Shown piece after piece: positions 14,218-26,350 of a stretch of 64,000 bases of DNA (its first letter is position 1; every line of letters begins with the position of its first letter). This DNA comes from Eledone cirrhosa (lineage: Eukaryota), in NCBI GenBank assembly GCA_964016885.1, contig OZ024741.1:353524001-353588000 (forward strand), written 5' to 3'. The notes under the pieces were generated by a model. It did not search any database, had not been told where the DNA came from, and saw only the letters and a program-made list of their open reading frames with translations. Both the position numbers and the translations under genes were made by a program.

Positions 14218-14350
14218 CGAAGGAAATGTGGTAAGGAACCAGGTGGACCATAACGCACCAAAGTACTCAATACTTGAGGTAGTAGAGTGTGTAATAGGAA
14301 CCAGTAAGACCCCGACAGCTGAGCTCAAGCCGTTTCGACGGCTAATTCTA
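14217..14350 (-). mobile_element. Penelope-type pLTR fragment, family A, truncated in hammerhead stem II
   Basis: Minus strand tagccgtc GAAA cggc TT gagctc ... ttccttcgt(TA)n; other copies at 39641 and 48568. Confidence 0.7.
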
Positions 14351-14523
14351 TACAACTTCTACTTATATATATATATATATATATATAAGTAGAAGTTGTA
14401 TTTAATTTGTTGGAAGTCTGACAAACATAAATGTTTATAACTTAATTAGAGCACTCAACAGTTACTGGAGTAAATATTCAATGATATTAAATGAATGGAA
14501 ACTATATTTATAAAACCATATTT

Positions 14524-14586
14524 ATTTCATTATATATATTTCAAGGGCAACCAAGACAACATTGGTACGCTTTCATCAGATAAAAT
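14524..14586 (-). ncRNA. Type I hammerhead ribozyme (left arm)
   Basis: attttat CTGATGA aagcgtaccaa tgttgtc ttggttgccctt GAAA tatata TA atgaaat. Confidence 0.8.
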
Positions 14587-14674
14587 TTGTTTTATAAATA
14601 GAGACGTACCCATGGAAATCATACCTAACCGATAAGGTATGATTTCCATGGGTACGTCTCTATTTATAAAACAA

Positions 14675-14737
14675 ATTTTATCTGATGAAAGCGTACCAAT
14701 GTTGTCTTGGTTGCCCTTGAAATATATATAATAAAAT
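14675..14737 (+). ncRNA. Type I hammerhead ribozyme (right arm)
   Basis: attttat CTGATGA ... GAAA tatata TA ataaaat; 7-bp stem I, palindromic stem III. Confidence 0.85.
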
Positions 14738-14800
14738 AAATATGGTTTTATAAACATAGTTTCCATTCATTTAATATCATTGTATATATATATATATATA

Positions 14801-15009
14801 TATAGTATATTTGATAATATACTGTGTGTTTTTTTTAAAACGTTTTGAAGACCATTCACTATGAGTTTTAAAGTAGTGACTCGTAAAAACAAAGGGAAGT
14901 AACCGACAGCTGTTTCTCGTTTGTTAACGGTTATCAAGATTGCTTATCTCTTCGCTTATATCGAGACTTATAGAAGCTGGATATAAAGTATATTATCAAA
15001 TATACTATA
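14801..15009. repeat. 23-bp inverted repeat enclosing a hammerhead 3' half
   Basis: tatagtatatttgataatatact / agtatattatcaaatatactata; inside, minus strand GAAA cagctg TC ggtta at 14900-14916 with a taacc partner upstream. Confidence 0.65.
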
Positions 15010-15128
15010 ATGCATACATCGCTATTTCAGAGCTATGATACAAATATATATATATACGTGTATATATATGTGTAAAATAAAATAATTAAGTCAAATATTT
15101 AAAATTTGGCTTCTTTTATTAAAGATGT

Positions 15129-15183
15129 GCTGCTATATATATTTCAGTGACAGCCATCATTGGCTGTGACCTCTTCGGGCAGT
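15129..15183 (-). ncRNA. Type I hammerhead motif, family B (U4C core)
   Basis: actgc CCGAAGA ggtcacagcca atga tggctgtcact GAAA tatata TA gcagc; same family as 39858-39965. Confidence 0.75.
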
Positions 15184-15370
15184 CCGAATTGGTGTGGTAG
15201 AGACAGGTACACATGTTGTTAAAGTGTTTTAGTCCGTCAATACTCCGATATGTCCAGCTCCTGGTTGGGTTGTTATTTCTTTGAGGAACTGGAATCCAAA
15301 TATATATTATATATATATATATAAGGAAAAAAGTTGAAATCGAAAATGCAACTGGCGTCTTATTTTTGAA

Positions 15371-15417
<47 letters not shown>

Positions 15418-15445
15418 ATCAAAAGATGGTTAAAATAGTTCCATG

Positions 15446-15516
15446 TATTTTATTATGCGCATTTCAAAAACAAATATCATCATGGGATGATATTTGCGTT
15501 CTCATCGGATAAAATA
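15446..15516 (-). ncRNA. Type I hammerhead at the 3' end of the PLE (U4C core)
   Basis: tattttat CCGATGA gaac gcaaatatcatc ccat gatgatatttgt tttt GAAA tgcgca TA ataaaata; 8-bp stem I. Confidence 0.8.
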
Positions 15517-16486
15517 GGGAGACATGATATGAAGCTTAAAAAACACTTGCGAGCAGTGAAGTGTTAAATCTACATATGAAAAATAAAATAAGATGGATAT
15601 ATGAGATTGGGAAAAAAAGAAGGAAGGGGGAAGGAAAAGGTAAGGAAGAGGAAGAAAGAAAATAAAGGATGACGGGGCAGGAGTATAAGAAGGAAGGATG
15701 AGAGAAGAGGAGAAATGAGTGAGAGAGAGAGATAACCTTTAATACTGAGAAACACTGTCTCACAGAGAGAAATTAAAAGAACCGTTGTAAGATAAAACAT
15801 AATTTAAAAAAAATTTTGAAATTAAAAGTTAATGAGGTTTATGAATGGTGATGTTTATGATTAAAGAAAAAGGAATTAAGAATAGTATTTATTTAAGGTT
15901 TATATATTGGAGGGTTTAATAATATGTGCGAAAAGGAATTTATTAATATGTATTATTAAAATAAAATAAAAAATATTAAGGAGATAAGGGGAATGAAGAA
16001 GAGATTAAATGAATTATGAACTTAGAGGAATTAGTTAGGGTCTAAGTTTGTTTGTATGTATTGTAATAGGAAAAAGTAAATAATAGGTTTAATACGAGCA
16101 CGGGAGGAGAGAAGAAAGAAGAAAATTTAAGGAGGAAAAAAAATATATAATGTCAAAAAAAAATATATATATTTACAAAATTTACTAATGGTAATATTAG
16201 TATATATTAAGAATATAGTTTGTATGGCCAAGAATATAAGGAAAATGCTATAGTGAGTAATAATATGAATTAAGAATAAATTGAAAAGTAAAAGTTAAAG
16301 ATTAGAAATTAAAAAAGAAAAAGGAAAAAAGGATAAAAAATAAGAAAAATAGGGACCGCTAACGACATAGAATGAGTAAATTGTATAATATAATATACTG
16401 AAATAAGGTAGAAAGATGGGTATATTTGTAAAAGATATAAAAGCGTTTAAGAAAAGAAGATTTTAAACTAATTAGGTAGTGAGATA

Positions 16487-17480
16487 TTAGCTGTATACTT
16501 TATGGATAGTTCTATGGAATTTATGCAAGCAGAGTGAAAATAAATACGTACGTCTATTTATTATAGAATTAAAATTAGAGATAATGGTAAATTTCTTGGC
16601 TAGGCAGAGATTACATGTTCTGGATAGGGAAGAATTTCGGTAAGGAGAGGCATTGCAAACCTTCCTCCAAGAAATGTTGTAGTTAATATTTTTGTCTTTT
16701 AAGGACCATATGAGTTCTGAGAGTGCCGTGTTAGTTCTTTTAAGTTGGTATTTAAAAGACGAATTGTGATTATAAAATCTTGCTTTAAAGGAAGTGGAAG
16801 TGGAACCAAAATAGGTAAAAGAATTAGTACTAGTTATAACTTTATATTCATACACTAAATTTTTATCAAGACATTGGTTATTAAGAGGACATTTAGTTCT
16901 AACAGGACAATTAAAATTACGATTAGAGAAATTACCAGAGTTATTAACAAGTGACCCAGTATTATTTATAGAAGCAATTGGATTGGAGAAGTTATTTACG
17001 ATGGGTGCTAAAGTTTCCTTATTTAGTGTTATGAACATTCGACAATGTTACGTTTGACGTCGTATTTAAATTTACTGAATCTAGCCTAGAGTTAACATTT
17101 ACGTCGGGTTTACTATTGCTATTATTATGACGCTCAGTGTTGGATGGATATAATTTATTATTTAATATTTTATTATTATGTTTAGAGATAATGTTAGAGA
17201 TGTTGGAAGTGGTGGAATAAGAGAATTTGATTGTATGTTTGTTAAAGATCTTACTATAGATATGCGAGGGAGGGAAGCATTTATCTAAGGCCCTAAAAAA
17301 TAGTTTAAGAATATTATTAGTAATAGATAGAGAAAAAGCGGCGTTGTACCAAATCATATTTTTGTATCTAGGTCTTTTCTTTAAGTTATTGGAGTGTTCA
17401 TAACTAACTATTTTACTATAAGTCCCTCGATGATTGGTTTCTTTACATTTATTATAATGTTCGGTTTGTTTGTAAACAAA
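16487..17480 (-). pseudogene. Penelope polyprotein C-terminal part with GIY-YIG endonuclease (frameshifted)
   Basis: Two overlapping ORFs carrying consecutive PLE motifs. Confidence 0.85.
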
Positions 17481-17749
17481 CAATATATATATTGAAAAAT
17501 AATCAAACAAATTTCATTTCTCACTCTTAGTACGGCTGATACCTAAATATAAGTATGTATACCTACATACATATATGTGTACAGACGCACAGTAGTATGT
17601 ATATATATATATACATACATGAGGTGTATGTAAAAACATAAAATGATATTCTTATGTATACTAAACAAATAAAGTCTCGCTATGAATTATTTAAGACGTG
17701 ATCATGTCACAGCTATCTCAGAACGCATCTGAGTACGCTACTGATAATA

Positions 17750-18192
17750 ATGGTTTCTGATTTAGATACAAGGTCAGCAATTTGGGAACAGAGAAAAATT
17801 GATTAAATCGACCCCAGTTCGTGACTGCTACTTTATTTTATCGACCTCATAAGGATGAAAGGCAAAGTTAACCCTGGTGGTATTTGAACTCAGAATATAA
17901 AGGTCTGTAATTCTATGCTACCAAACATGGTGTCCAACACCCTACCGATACTGCCAATCCATCATCCTAATAATAATTGTTTCTACTTTTGACACGAGGC
18001 CAGCAATTTGAAGCGGGGCAGTCGATGAAATGACCCCAGTGCATTACTGGTGCTCTATTTAATTAACCCCGTAAGGATAAAAGGCAAAGCTAACCTGAGT
18101 GAGATTTGAACTCAGAACGTAAAGTGCCATAAATCTATACCGCTAAACATGTTGTCCGGTGCTCTACCGATTCTGCCAATCCACCGCTCTTA
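17750..18192 (-). mobile_element. Two tandem copies of the tRNA-type SINE
   Basis: Each has aaggatgaaaggcaaag..aacc...tttgaactcagaa...ctaccgat.ctgccaatcca and a gtttct/aat tail. Confidence 0.85.
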
Positions 18193-18389
18193 CGCTACTG
18201 ATAATAGTAAACTTTGTTTATTGAAGAGGGAGATTCATTGTAAGTAAGTTTCGCGTGAATTGGGTCACGTGCAAAAAATAATGCATAAAATTTACGATTT
18301 TTCACTGTAAACGAAGTAGTCAATGTGTTGATAATGTTTATTCTAAACAATATATATATATTCTAAACAATATATATATATATGGATGG

Positions 18390-18572
18390 ACTGAACCTGT
18401 CAAGAGAACAACTTTGTCACACAGTATACCACGCAAAATCTCCCTGAGAATTAGGTTAAAGGCTCACGTGTTTGTGAAATACTCAGCTACTTAATTTCAT
18501 GCGCAGGCTAAATTTCATGCGCTGACCGAATTAACTAAAATACTCTTCGTCGAGAGCGACGGAGTTCCATTC
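18390..18572 (+). mobile_element. 3' part of a second SINE-like family
   Basis: aatctccctgag...aatttcatg...ctcttcgtcgagagcgacggagttcca; related to 43820-43955. Confidence 0.55.
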
Positions 18573-19079
18573 CATTTATGCGTATACCTACACGCGCACG
18601 TATGCTTAACAGATATACTAGGTCTGACAGAACACAGAAGTTAAAAGAGACTGTTTAATTCAATATCGTTTTGATCATTATCCTGTTAGCAAAGCAACTT
18701 AAATATCTGGAATTTTCTCTGCATCTCGGGAGTTGATTAAACTATCATCTAATCAGATCTTACTTTGGCCGTTAATCTGCCAATATCTCATATCAAATAT
18801 TATATCATTTCATATATATTTAATTTGTGTAATTTATCATTTAATTTCACGTAGCAATATTTGTTTGTTTTGTTTGGGGTTTTTAGTTTTTCTAAATGTT
18901 TCTGTCGTTTTATTTATACACTTATTTAATTATCCGTAAATTTATTTATTAAAAGGGGTTAAACTGATGAAATGATAAAATTGCTAGACTGCCGGATTAA
19001 GTAGTTAATATAGTTAATTTTGATTTGCAACTTTCTATCCTGAGTTCAAATCTCTGGAGTTGATTTGAGTTCGAGGCAC

Positions 19080-19312
19080 AATTAACTCCGGCTGGCTATT
19101 TAAAGTGGGTCCCTTGACTTTGAAACTCTACGCTAGTTTTCGGCCTACGTGGAAAAGAGAGGAGGGATGAATCTTCTTTCCATTAATTAAAACAAATGCA
19201 GAACTGAAGAGCAGATAGTTGGCTTGGGAGCAAGCCCTTGATAAACCTTGCAACGGTGTGGAATGGAGCTTTCTCCTCACCCAGTGCTACATGTGTAGCA
19301 AAAGGAACTAAA
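19080..19312 (+). mobile_element. RTE-type LINE 3' end remnant
   Basis: cggcctacgtggaaaaga...tggagctt...cccagtgctacatgtgtagcaaaaggaactaa, typical of RTE termini. Confidence 0.5.
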
Positions 19313-19440
19313 GAAGGACACATATATTTAAATGAAATAGATATAGTCTACACGTGACTATGATTTATTCTGTCGACCTAGATAAGTTAAAATAACATAA
19401 AATGGTACAAGATTTGTTGATTTACGAAGCATTGGGGAAT

Positions 19441-19760
19441 TTAGAATTTTACAATATAGTTGCTGTAATACAGATAAGTATAATATTAGTTGATAACTAT
19501 AAATAATAGTTGAATAAATCTAGTGAAGTACCCTGGGAGATGGAAAAAGTGGACAGAAGCACCTACGGGAAATCGCATCACGCATCTCTCGAGAAATATG
19601 TGATTCTGCCCACAGATGCGTGGTTCGATTCCTCGCAGGTGTCTCTGTCGATTTTTTCTATCACCTGGCTTACCTTACCCTATTTACTCAACTTGTATTT
19701 ATAGCTATTAAATATTCTTATAGTTATTTGTACTGTGGAGACTATATTTTCAAATTCAGA
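19441..19760. repeat. Old diverged long inverted repeat (~145-bp arms, ~26-nt spacer); MITE-like
   Basis: cacctacgggaaatcg.atcacgcatct / agatgcgtggttcgattcctcgcaggtg; pairing continues outward with many mismatches. Confidence 0.75.
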
Positions 19761-20244
19761 ATGATATATTTAAGTTGTTCTTTGCTCTTCTTACTAACCC
19801 GCTATGGCACTTAGTTTGAATTGTAACCTGTATTTTTCTCATTTTTGACATGAATAAGCTATATTACGGAAATTTTAATGCAATAACTTACAGAGCATAA
19901 CGACAGGGCTTGATACACTGTAATATGCTGCTACAATATGTATTGTATCATGCAATATTTCTGCAGTCGCAGTGTATCACGTTTATCAAATAACTTGTAT
20001 GTGAGAGATTCTTTAATGACGTAATTGAAAGGTGATAGCTACAATCAAGTATTGAATTATATTTGTTTAAACAACAACTCACACTTGCAATGTGTTGTTG
20101 ATTATATCCAAAAATCAAAATAATTGTTTTACCATATTAGGATAATATACATTTAAAGTGATGCAATTATCACACATCGCCAAAAAAATGACACGATTTA
20201 ATTCGAAAACCCAGGATTATTGTTTCAAATAATGACTTTTAATT

Positions 20245-20450
20245 TAAGCAGAAGGCCAGCAATTTGGAAAGAGGGGAAATCGATTATATCTACCCCAGTC
20301 CTTAACCAGTACTTTATTTTATCGGCTTAGGAATAATAAAAGCAAAGTTGACTTTGGCGGAATTTGAACTCCGAACGTAAAGAACCGGTACTAGTACTGT
20401 TAAGCATTTTACCCGACATGCTAACGAATCTACTAAAATACCACGATGTA
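20245..20450 (-). mobile_element. tRNA-type SINE copy
   Basis: aaagcaaagttgactttggcggaatttgaactc core and tail. Confidence 0.75.
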
Positions 20451-20834
20451 TGGCATTCATAATATATACGTATTTTAAATCCAGGAAGATGTTCCGTAAT
20501 GTAATAAAACACAATACCACTAAAAATACTTTTAGAAGTATGTAACTTAGTTTCGATTTAGTTGACAGAATGTACTTAAATAGTGACATTGGGAAAGGCA
20601 TCATTTCATTACACCTCATTTCATTTAGGGAAGCAAAACCAATTTCAGAAGCAGCTCTTGCTATTCTTTGAGACTATGTCTGGTTAGATATTTCGTGGTA
20701 TTTCATGCAAGTTACAGAGTTATTTCGGCAGCGGAAAAAATGCTTATATTTCTTCTGCCTTTGTTCAAATCATGCTAAGGCCAACTTTGCCTTTCATCCG
20801 TTAGGATTCGATACATATAATATCAGTGTAATAA

Positions 20835-21003
20835 ATGTTTCTACTTTTGGCACAAGACCAGCAATTATCCCAGTGTATTACTGGTACTTTATTTTATCGA
20901 CCCCGTAAGGTTGGATTTGAACTCAGACAGTAAAGGGCCGTAACTCTTTGCTGCAAAGCATGGCGTCCGACCCTCTACCGATACTGCCTATCCACAGCCC
21001 TTA
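20835..21003 (-). mobile_element. tRNA-type SINE copy with internal deletion
   Basis: gtttctacttttggcacaag...atttgaactcaga...ctctaccgatactgcc. Confidence 0.75.
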
Positions 21004-21589
21004 CAATTTCAGTGTAATAATGGTAGATTGTTACAGCATTGACCGGGACGCTTTGCTGCATCTGTTCCAGCTTTGTGCATTCTGAAGTCAAATCTCCCCT
21101 TCTGTCACAGGAAAAATATTGATGCTTTTAACAGGAATTGAGACCGATTGTATCAGTAGTTATCAGTTATCAGGAATTGAGACAGATAGTATCAGTAATG
21201 GAAATATAGTTTCCTTGGTCCATTCCAAGTATCGGCCCTTTCCTTTCCTACAACGTTCACCAGCTTCAAAGAATTCAATCAGCAACAAAGCCATGAACAC
21301 GTTGCTTTCCTTTAGATAGAAAATAAAGGTAGAACGTAACTATAAAATATAAAAACAAATGATGAAAGATGTGAAATCATTCTGAAAAAATAATAACAAT
21401 AAAGGTTATATGTGCAAATGAGAGAGGAAAAGAGAATGGAATAAAGATAAGTGCAGCGATTTCTAAGACAAAGAAATGAAATACTTTCTGTTTCATCTTT
21501 GGTAATTCCAATTACTTATCCGGAAACAAGTATGGTAGAAGATCAAAAGTATAACGAGGACTTAACAAATCAATTACTTGTGTAGATAA

Positions 21590-21673
<84 letters not shown>

Positions 21674-21710
21674 GTATATACATCAATATATGTATATGTA
21701 TATATATATA

Positions 21711-21781
<71 letters not shown>

Positions 21782-22869
21782 ACATATATAGGCATACTTA
21801 CGGAAATAATATATGTATTTATGGATATTAATGTTGCGTTTACAAGCTGTTCGTATTGTATTTTAGTATGTGTGCGTATCTCTCACTTTTCTCTCTCTCT
21901 ACACACACGGATGTGTGTATGTATGTAAAACTCTTTTATTGGTTCCAATCATAAAGAAGCACTACTTGAAGCATTTCTGTCGATCATATCGACGCCAAAA
22001 TTATGTTCAGTCTGGTATTTATTTCATCGATTACTATTTGTTCATGCAGCAGGTTACGAGGCAGAAAGGAACACAAAATATATGGAACACTTGTTAACCG
22101 GTGTAAACATTCACACAGACCCAGATAGATAGATATACACATACATATACGGCAATCTTCCGCACAATTTCCACCCACAAAGTTCCATTTACAAAATATT
22201 GGTCCCACTAGACTGTAGTAGATGAAACTCGTCCAAGATGCCGCACATTTGAATTGATCCATGGATTTTGTAATCGCAGTGTGAACGTATTAACCAGGCG
22301 GTTATACCCATGACTGCATGTATTTAATATAAAAATATATTAAGTAGTATGACCCTGGAAACAAAAAAGCACCCGAAAAACATCAATAACAAGAGATGGT
22401 AATTACACTTATAACCAAAAAAGAACAGAATTATTGAGCGCCAAATGGAGATTTATCTTTGAATTCGTTACCTAAATATGCTTGGTGCATAGATTATTGA
22501 ACTTTCCTATAGCAAGGGAGATAAATTTGAGGTGTAATGGCTTCGTCAATGTATTTATTAAAAAAACAAAACGATGCAATAATCATCCTGCACAAGACAT
22601 TATTGATTCAGTAGCACAGCTCAAGTATAAAAATTTCACACACAACACACACTTTACACCATAATCACCTAGTAATATAAGACAACACAACTCACACAAC
22701 ATTACTCGACAAGATTATTACCCTATAAAATAACACATTATCACACCATAGACAACATAACAAGCTCTAAAGTAACGCAAGAAACAGAAAGCTAAACCCC
22801 ATAACAAACCTAGGCTGACGCAGTACATCAAGGGAGAATTTATACTACCTACCACCCCACAAAAATAAA

Positions 22870-24120
22870 ATCACACAATCCTACGCATCTCAGGAACACG
22901 GGGACGCATTAGGTCATACAGTAGAAACTTGCATGAAACTATCGAAAAAATAATAATAATAATAGTAATAATAGAGTTGGATGTACTTGTTAACACAGTT
23001 CTTACTTTCAGCAGTGATATATGTATATAATTTGGTGTTAATAAGTGTGGAGTCCTTGTAATGAGGAGAGGTAAATTGAAGAGAGGCAAGTGTGGAGTCC
23101 TTGTAATGAGGAGAGGTAAATTGAAGAGAGGCAAAGGCAAAGGAATCTAGATACCAATGTGTGAGCTGATAAAGGAGGTGGACACGTAAAAAGGATATAG
23201 GTATTTGGGTATTTTGGGGGGCAGATAACACTAAGGACAAAAAACGAAGGAGATAGTAATATCTGAATACATAAGGAGAGTAAGGAAAATATTAAAATCA
23301 CATCTGAATAGTAGAAATGCTATAAGTGCAATAAATTCTCGATCTGTGTCTATTATTAGGTACAGTGCGGGATTTCTTAAATGGAATGCAAACAAGCAAA
23401 AAGAACTGGATAGAAACACAAGGAAATAAATGACAACCTAAAGTACGTCTCATAGAGGGTGATATTGATAGACTGTACTTAAAGAGATCTGAAGGTGGGA
23501 GAGGTCTTATCAGCGTGGGGGATTGTGTTCAGATGCAAAAGAGCTGTTTACATAAATATTTGTCTGTGAGTAACGAGCCAATGCTTAAGGCTATATTGAA
23601 GGAAGGGGTAATAGACCAGGGGATGTCCAAGAAAGAAGTAACACACAAAGACAAAGAACAACCTGAATGAAAAAGCCCTTCATGGCATTTCCATGACTGT
23701 TTAAAGAAAGGCGACCTTAAGAAAGCTACATAGGGAATGCTATTGGCTGCACATGAGCTAGCCGTTAGAACGAAGTGGATGAAACCTCATATTGACAAGG
23801 AGGAAGCTACTCTGTTTTGTAGGATTTACGGAGACAGAAAGGAAACTGTGGATCACATCGTTTCCGAGTGTAAACACCTAGCCCAGACTCATTATGAAAG
23901 ATGGAGGCATGATATCATAGGAAAAGGAATCCACTGGCATTTATACAAACTGAGAAGTCGTATGAGTATAAGTCAGAATCGTTGATACGAAACGATCGGG
24001 TGAAGGTGCTGTCGGATTTCAAGATATAAACAGATAAAAATGTTGAACACAATATCCCTGACCTAGTAGATTTTAACAAGGAAAAAATGTCTTGCTTCAT
24101 TATAGACGTAGCATGCCTAC
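22870..24120 (+). pseudogene. Degraded R4/Dong-like retrotransposon fragment
   Basis: RGDIDRLYLKRSEGGRGL, CRI...ETVDHIVSEC..LAQ..Y..RHD, PDLV..IIDVAC; frameshifts and stops; 45-bp internal tandem duplication at 23043-23132. Confidence 0.85.
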
Positions 24121-24259
24121 TGGAAACAGCAAGGACCCTCCGATACGTCCTGAATAGCTGAGGCTACAGGTAGCGGCTTGATGTTTATTTGGGCAAGTTT
24201 TCCGGTTAAATAACATCAATGACTGATATATCAAATTCACAACAACAGTAATAATAATA

Positions 24260-24440
24260 ATTGTTTCTACTTTTGGCACAAGGTCAGCAAATTACCCAGT
24301 ACATTACTGGTACTTTATTTTATGGACCCCGTAAGGATGCAAGGTAAAGTTAACCTCGGAGGGATTTGAACTCAGAATGGCAAGGGCCGTAACTCTATAC
24401 GTCAAAGAATGGCGTCCGACTCTCTACCGATACTGCCAAT
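24260..24440 (-). mobile_element. tRNA-type SINE copy
   Basis: Full core and head as in 29357-29538. Confidence 0.85.
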
Positions 24441-24735
24441 AATAATAATTGTTTCTATTTTTAGGCACAAGGCCAGCAATTACCCAGTACATAATAATTA
24501 CCCACTGCTAATAATAATAATTGTTTCTATTTTTAGGCACAAGGCCAGCAATTACCCAGTACATAATAATTACCCACTGCTAATAATAATAATTGTTCCT
24601 ACTTTAGGCACAAGGCCAGCAATTACCCAGTACATAATAATTACCCACTGCTAATAATAATAATTGTTCCTACTTTAGGCACAAGGCCAGCAATTACCCA
24701 GTACATAATAATTACCCACTGCTAATAATAATAAT
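24438..24735. repeat. Minisatellite of four 71-72-bp units derived from the SINE tail
   Basis: Unit aataataataattgtttctatttttaggcacaaggccagcaattacccagtacataataattacccactgct. Confidence 0.95.
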
Positions 24736-24739
24736 GATG

Positions 24740-24956
24740 AGATCTACTATAGGCACAAGGCCAACAATTTGGGGGGGAGGGGAAAGTCGATTAAATCGAT
24801 CCCAGTGTGTGACTGGTGCTTTATTTTATCGAACCCATAATGATGAAAGGCAAAGCTAACTTCGGCGGGATTTGTACCCAGAACGTAAAGGGCCATAACT
24901 CTATGCTGCAAAGCATGGTGTCCGGCGCTCTACCGATACTGCCAATGCACCACCTA
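24740..24956 (-). mobile_element. tRNA-type SINE copy
   Basis: gatgaaaggcaaagctaacttcggcgggattt core. Confidence 0.85.
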
Positions 24957-25442
24957 ATAATAATAACAATAACAATAACAACTAAAGTTCCCCTCCATAT
25001 ACTCAAACGCTTAACATATATGTTGCTGTTTACAATAAGTCTAACTCTAACCGAAAGAAATGTCAAGTCAGGAATTCTGCAGATAGGTCCTAACACCAAG
25101 ATAAAAGTTCCTGTAAATGTCTTTCAAGTTACTTAATTGTGGAGAAATTGCAATTCATCAATGGCAAGTAAAGAATTCTCTTTATAAAACATTGGAGGAG
25201 AATACCAAATACATCTGAATAAGCAATCACATATTCCATTAATTTTAAATCGAACAATATTAGAACAATAACAACGCTATTGTTCTTTTTTTATTTCGAT
25301 TTATTAAATTCCTTATTCGTCTACTCCAATGAAAGCGACGATTGTGTATAAGTTTATCATGAAGAAATGAATCGTTGAGTAGTGTATGTATGTATGTATG
25401 TATGTATGTATGTATGTATGTATGTATGTATGTATGTATGTA

Positions 25443-25647
25443 TGGAGATATCTCTGCACTTGTCGTCACATGGTACCATGGGCCCAGCACTATGTGTCAA
25501 TAGTTGTCACAAGTGTAGTGTTTGTACCAGAGTTTTCAAGTCGCTGGCTGGACTAAAAAGTCACACTCGTTCAGCGTATCGGTAGGGGTTCTCCTACATG
25601 GATATAAAGTAGTGGCCGTACTCGAAAACGAGTTGGCAGCCACCATG
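25443..25647 (+). mobile_element. 5'-truncated non-autonomous RTE-like element in (TATG)n
   Basis: Same 3' end as the 2182, 4899 and 7310 copies. Confidence 0.8.
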
Positions 25648-25789
25648 TATGTATGCATGTATGCATGTATGAATACCTATTGGAGTCGTAGAAGCTCCGT
25701 AGTGCTTCGTATACCTAGCAGAACCTAACCCTTTCCGGGTCTGAACACATGATACCTTCCAGAATAGAAGAGAAATTGGGAGGGAGGAA

Positions 25790-25972
25790 GTACAAAGGAA
25801 TTACATGGGTAGAATCGACCACAGCAGTGGACTAGTACTTTTTTATTGACCACGGAAGGGTGAAAAGCAAAGTTGACCATGTCAAGATTTGAACTCAAGG
25901 CGCAGAGAGCTGGAACGAATACTACAAAGTATACTATTTGATTTCTAACGACTCTATCAATTCACCGTCTTA
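25790..25972 (-). mobile_element. tRNA-type SINE copy (older)
   Basis: tgaaaagcaaagttgacc...tttgaactca. Confidence 0.65.
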
Positions 25973-26146
25973 CATGGTAGCATTGATATATCTCAAAACG
26001 ATGACTAAGACAAAGTAAGAAGAGAAAGCTTGACGTAGCATATTCCTAACTATTCTAATTGGAGACATGGAGATAACTGGATAGATTTAATGTGATTTAG
26101 ATTCTAATGATTGTTTTGAGAACGTCAATACAATACAAATTATAAA

Positions 26147-26350
26147 TACAAGAGAGAAAACTAGAGTAGTGTAAAATATAAAAACATAACAAGGTTATCT
26201 TTTTCAAAAGAAAGGAGTTTGGTGGTGACGGCTCCACTTCTTTCTTTTGAAAAGAGGTCTTAACCTCGAAATATCATGGAATATAAGGTAAACTTTTAAA
26301 CTGTTTTGTTGTTTTTTTTCTTTTACTTTATTATAGTTTCCACTCTTGTA
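26147..26350. repeat. Old fold-back with long hairpin and hammerhead 3' half
   Basis: tacaagagagaaaactag...taaaa / ttttact...tagtttccactcttgta; inner hairpin ctttttcaaaagaaag / ctttcttttgaaaagag then cGAAA tat catgga ata TA. Confidence 0.5.

Larger units (their letters stand above)
14479..14782. repeat. ~150-bp-arm palindrome with 8-nt spacer; each arm carries an intact hammerhead
   Basis: caatgatattaaatg...atacct aaccgata aggtat...catttaatatcattg; about 2 mismatches; right end abuts (TA)n. Confidence 0.95.
15415..17480 (-). mobile_element. 5'-truncated Penelope-like element (RT thumb/linker + GIY-YIG + 3' region + hammerhead), ending at (TA)n
   Basis: ORFs 17019..17510 (IWYN..FS, HIYSKIFNKHTIKFSYS) and 16487..17038 (CP...CPLNNQCL..NLVY, YFGSTSTSFKARFYNH, TALSELIW, CNLCL). 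Confidence 0.9.

Noticed and set aside
24438-24735. CRISPR-like regular array
   Set aside because: Units are contiguous with no unique spacers and derive from a SINE tail; eukaryotic context.
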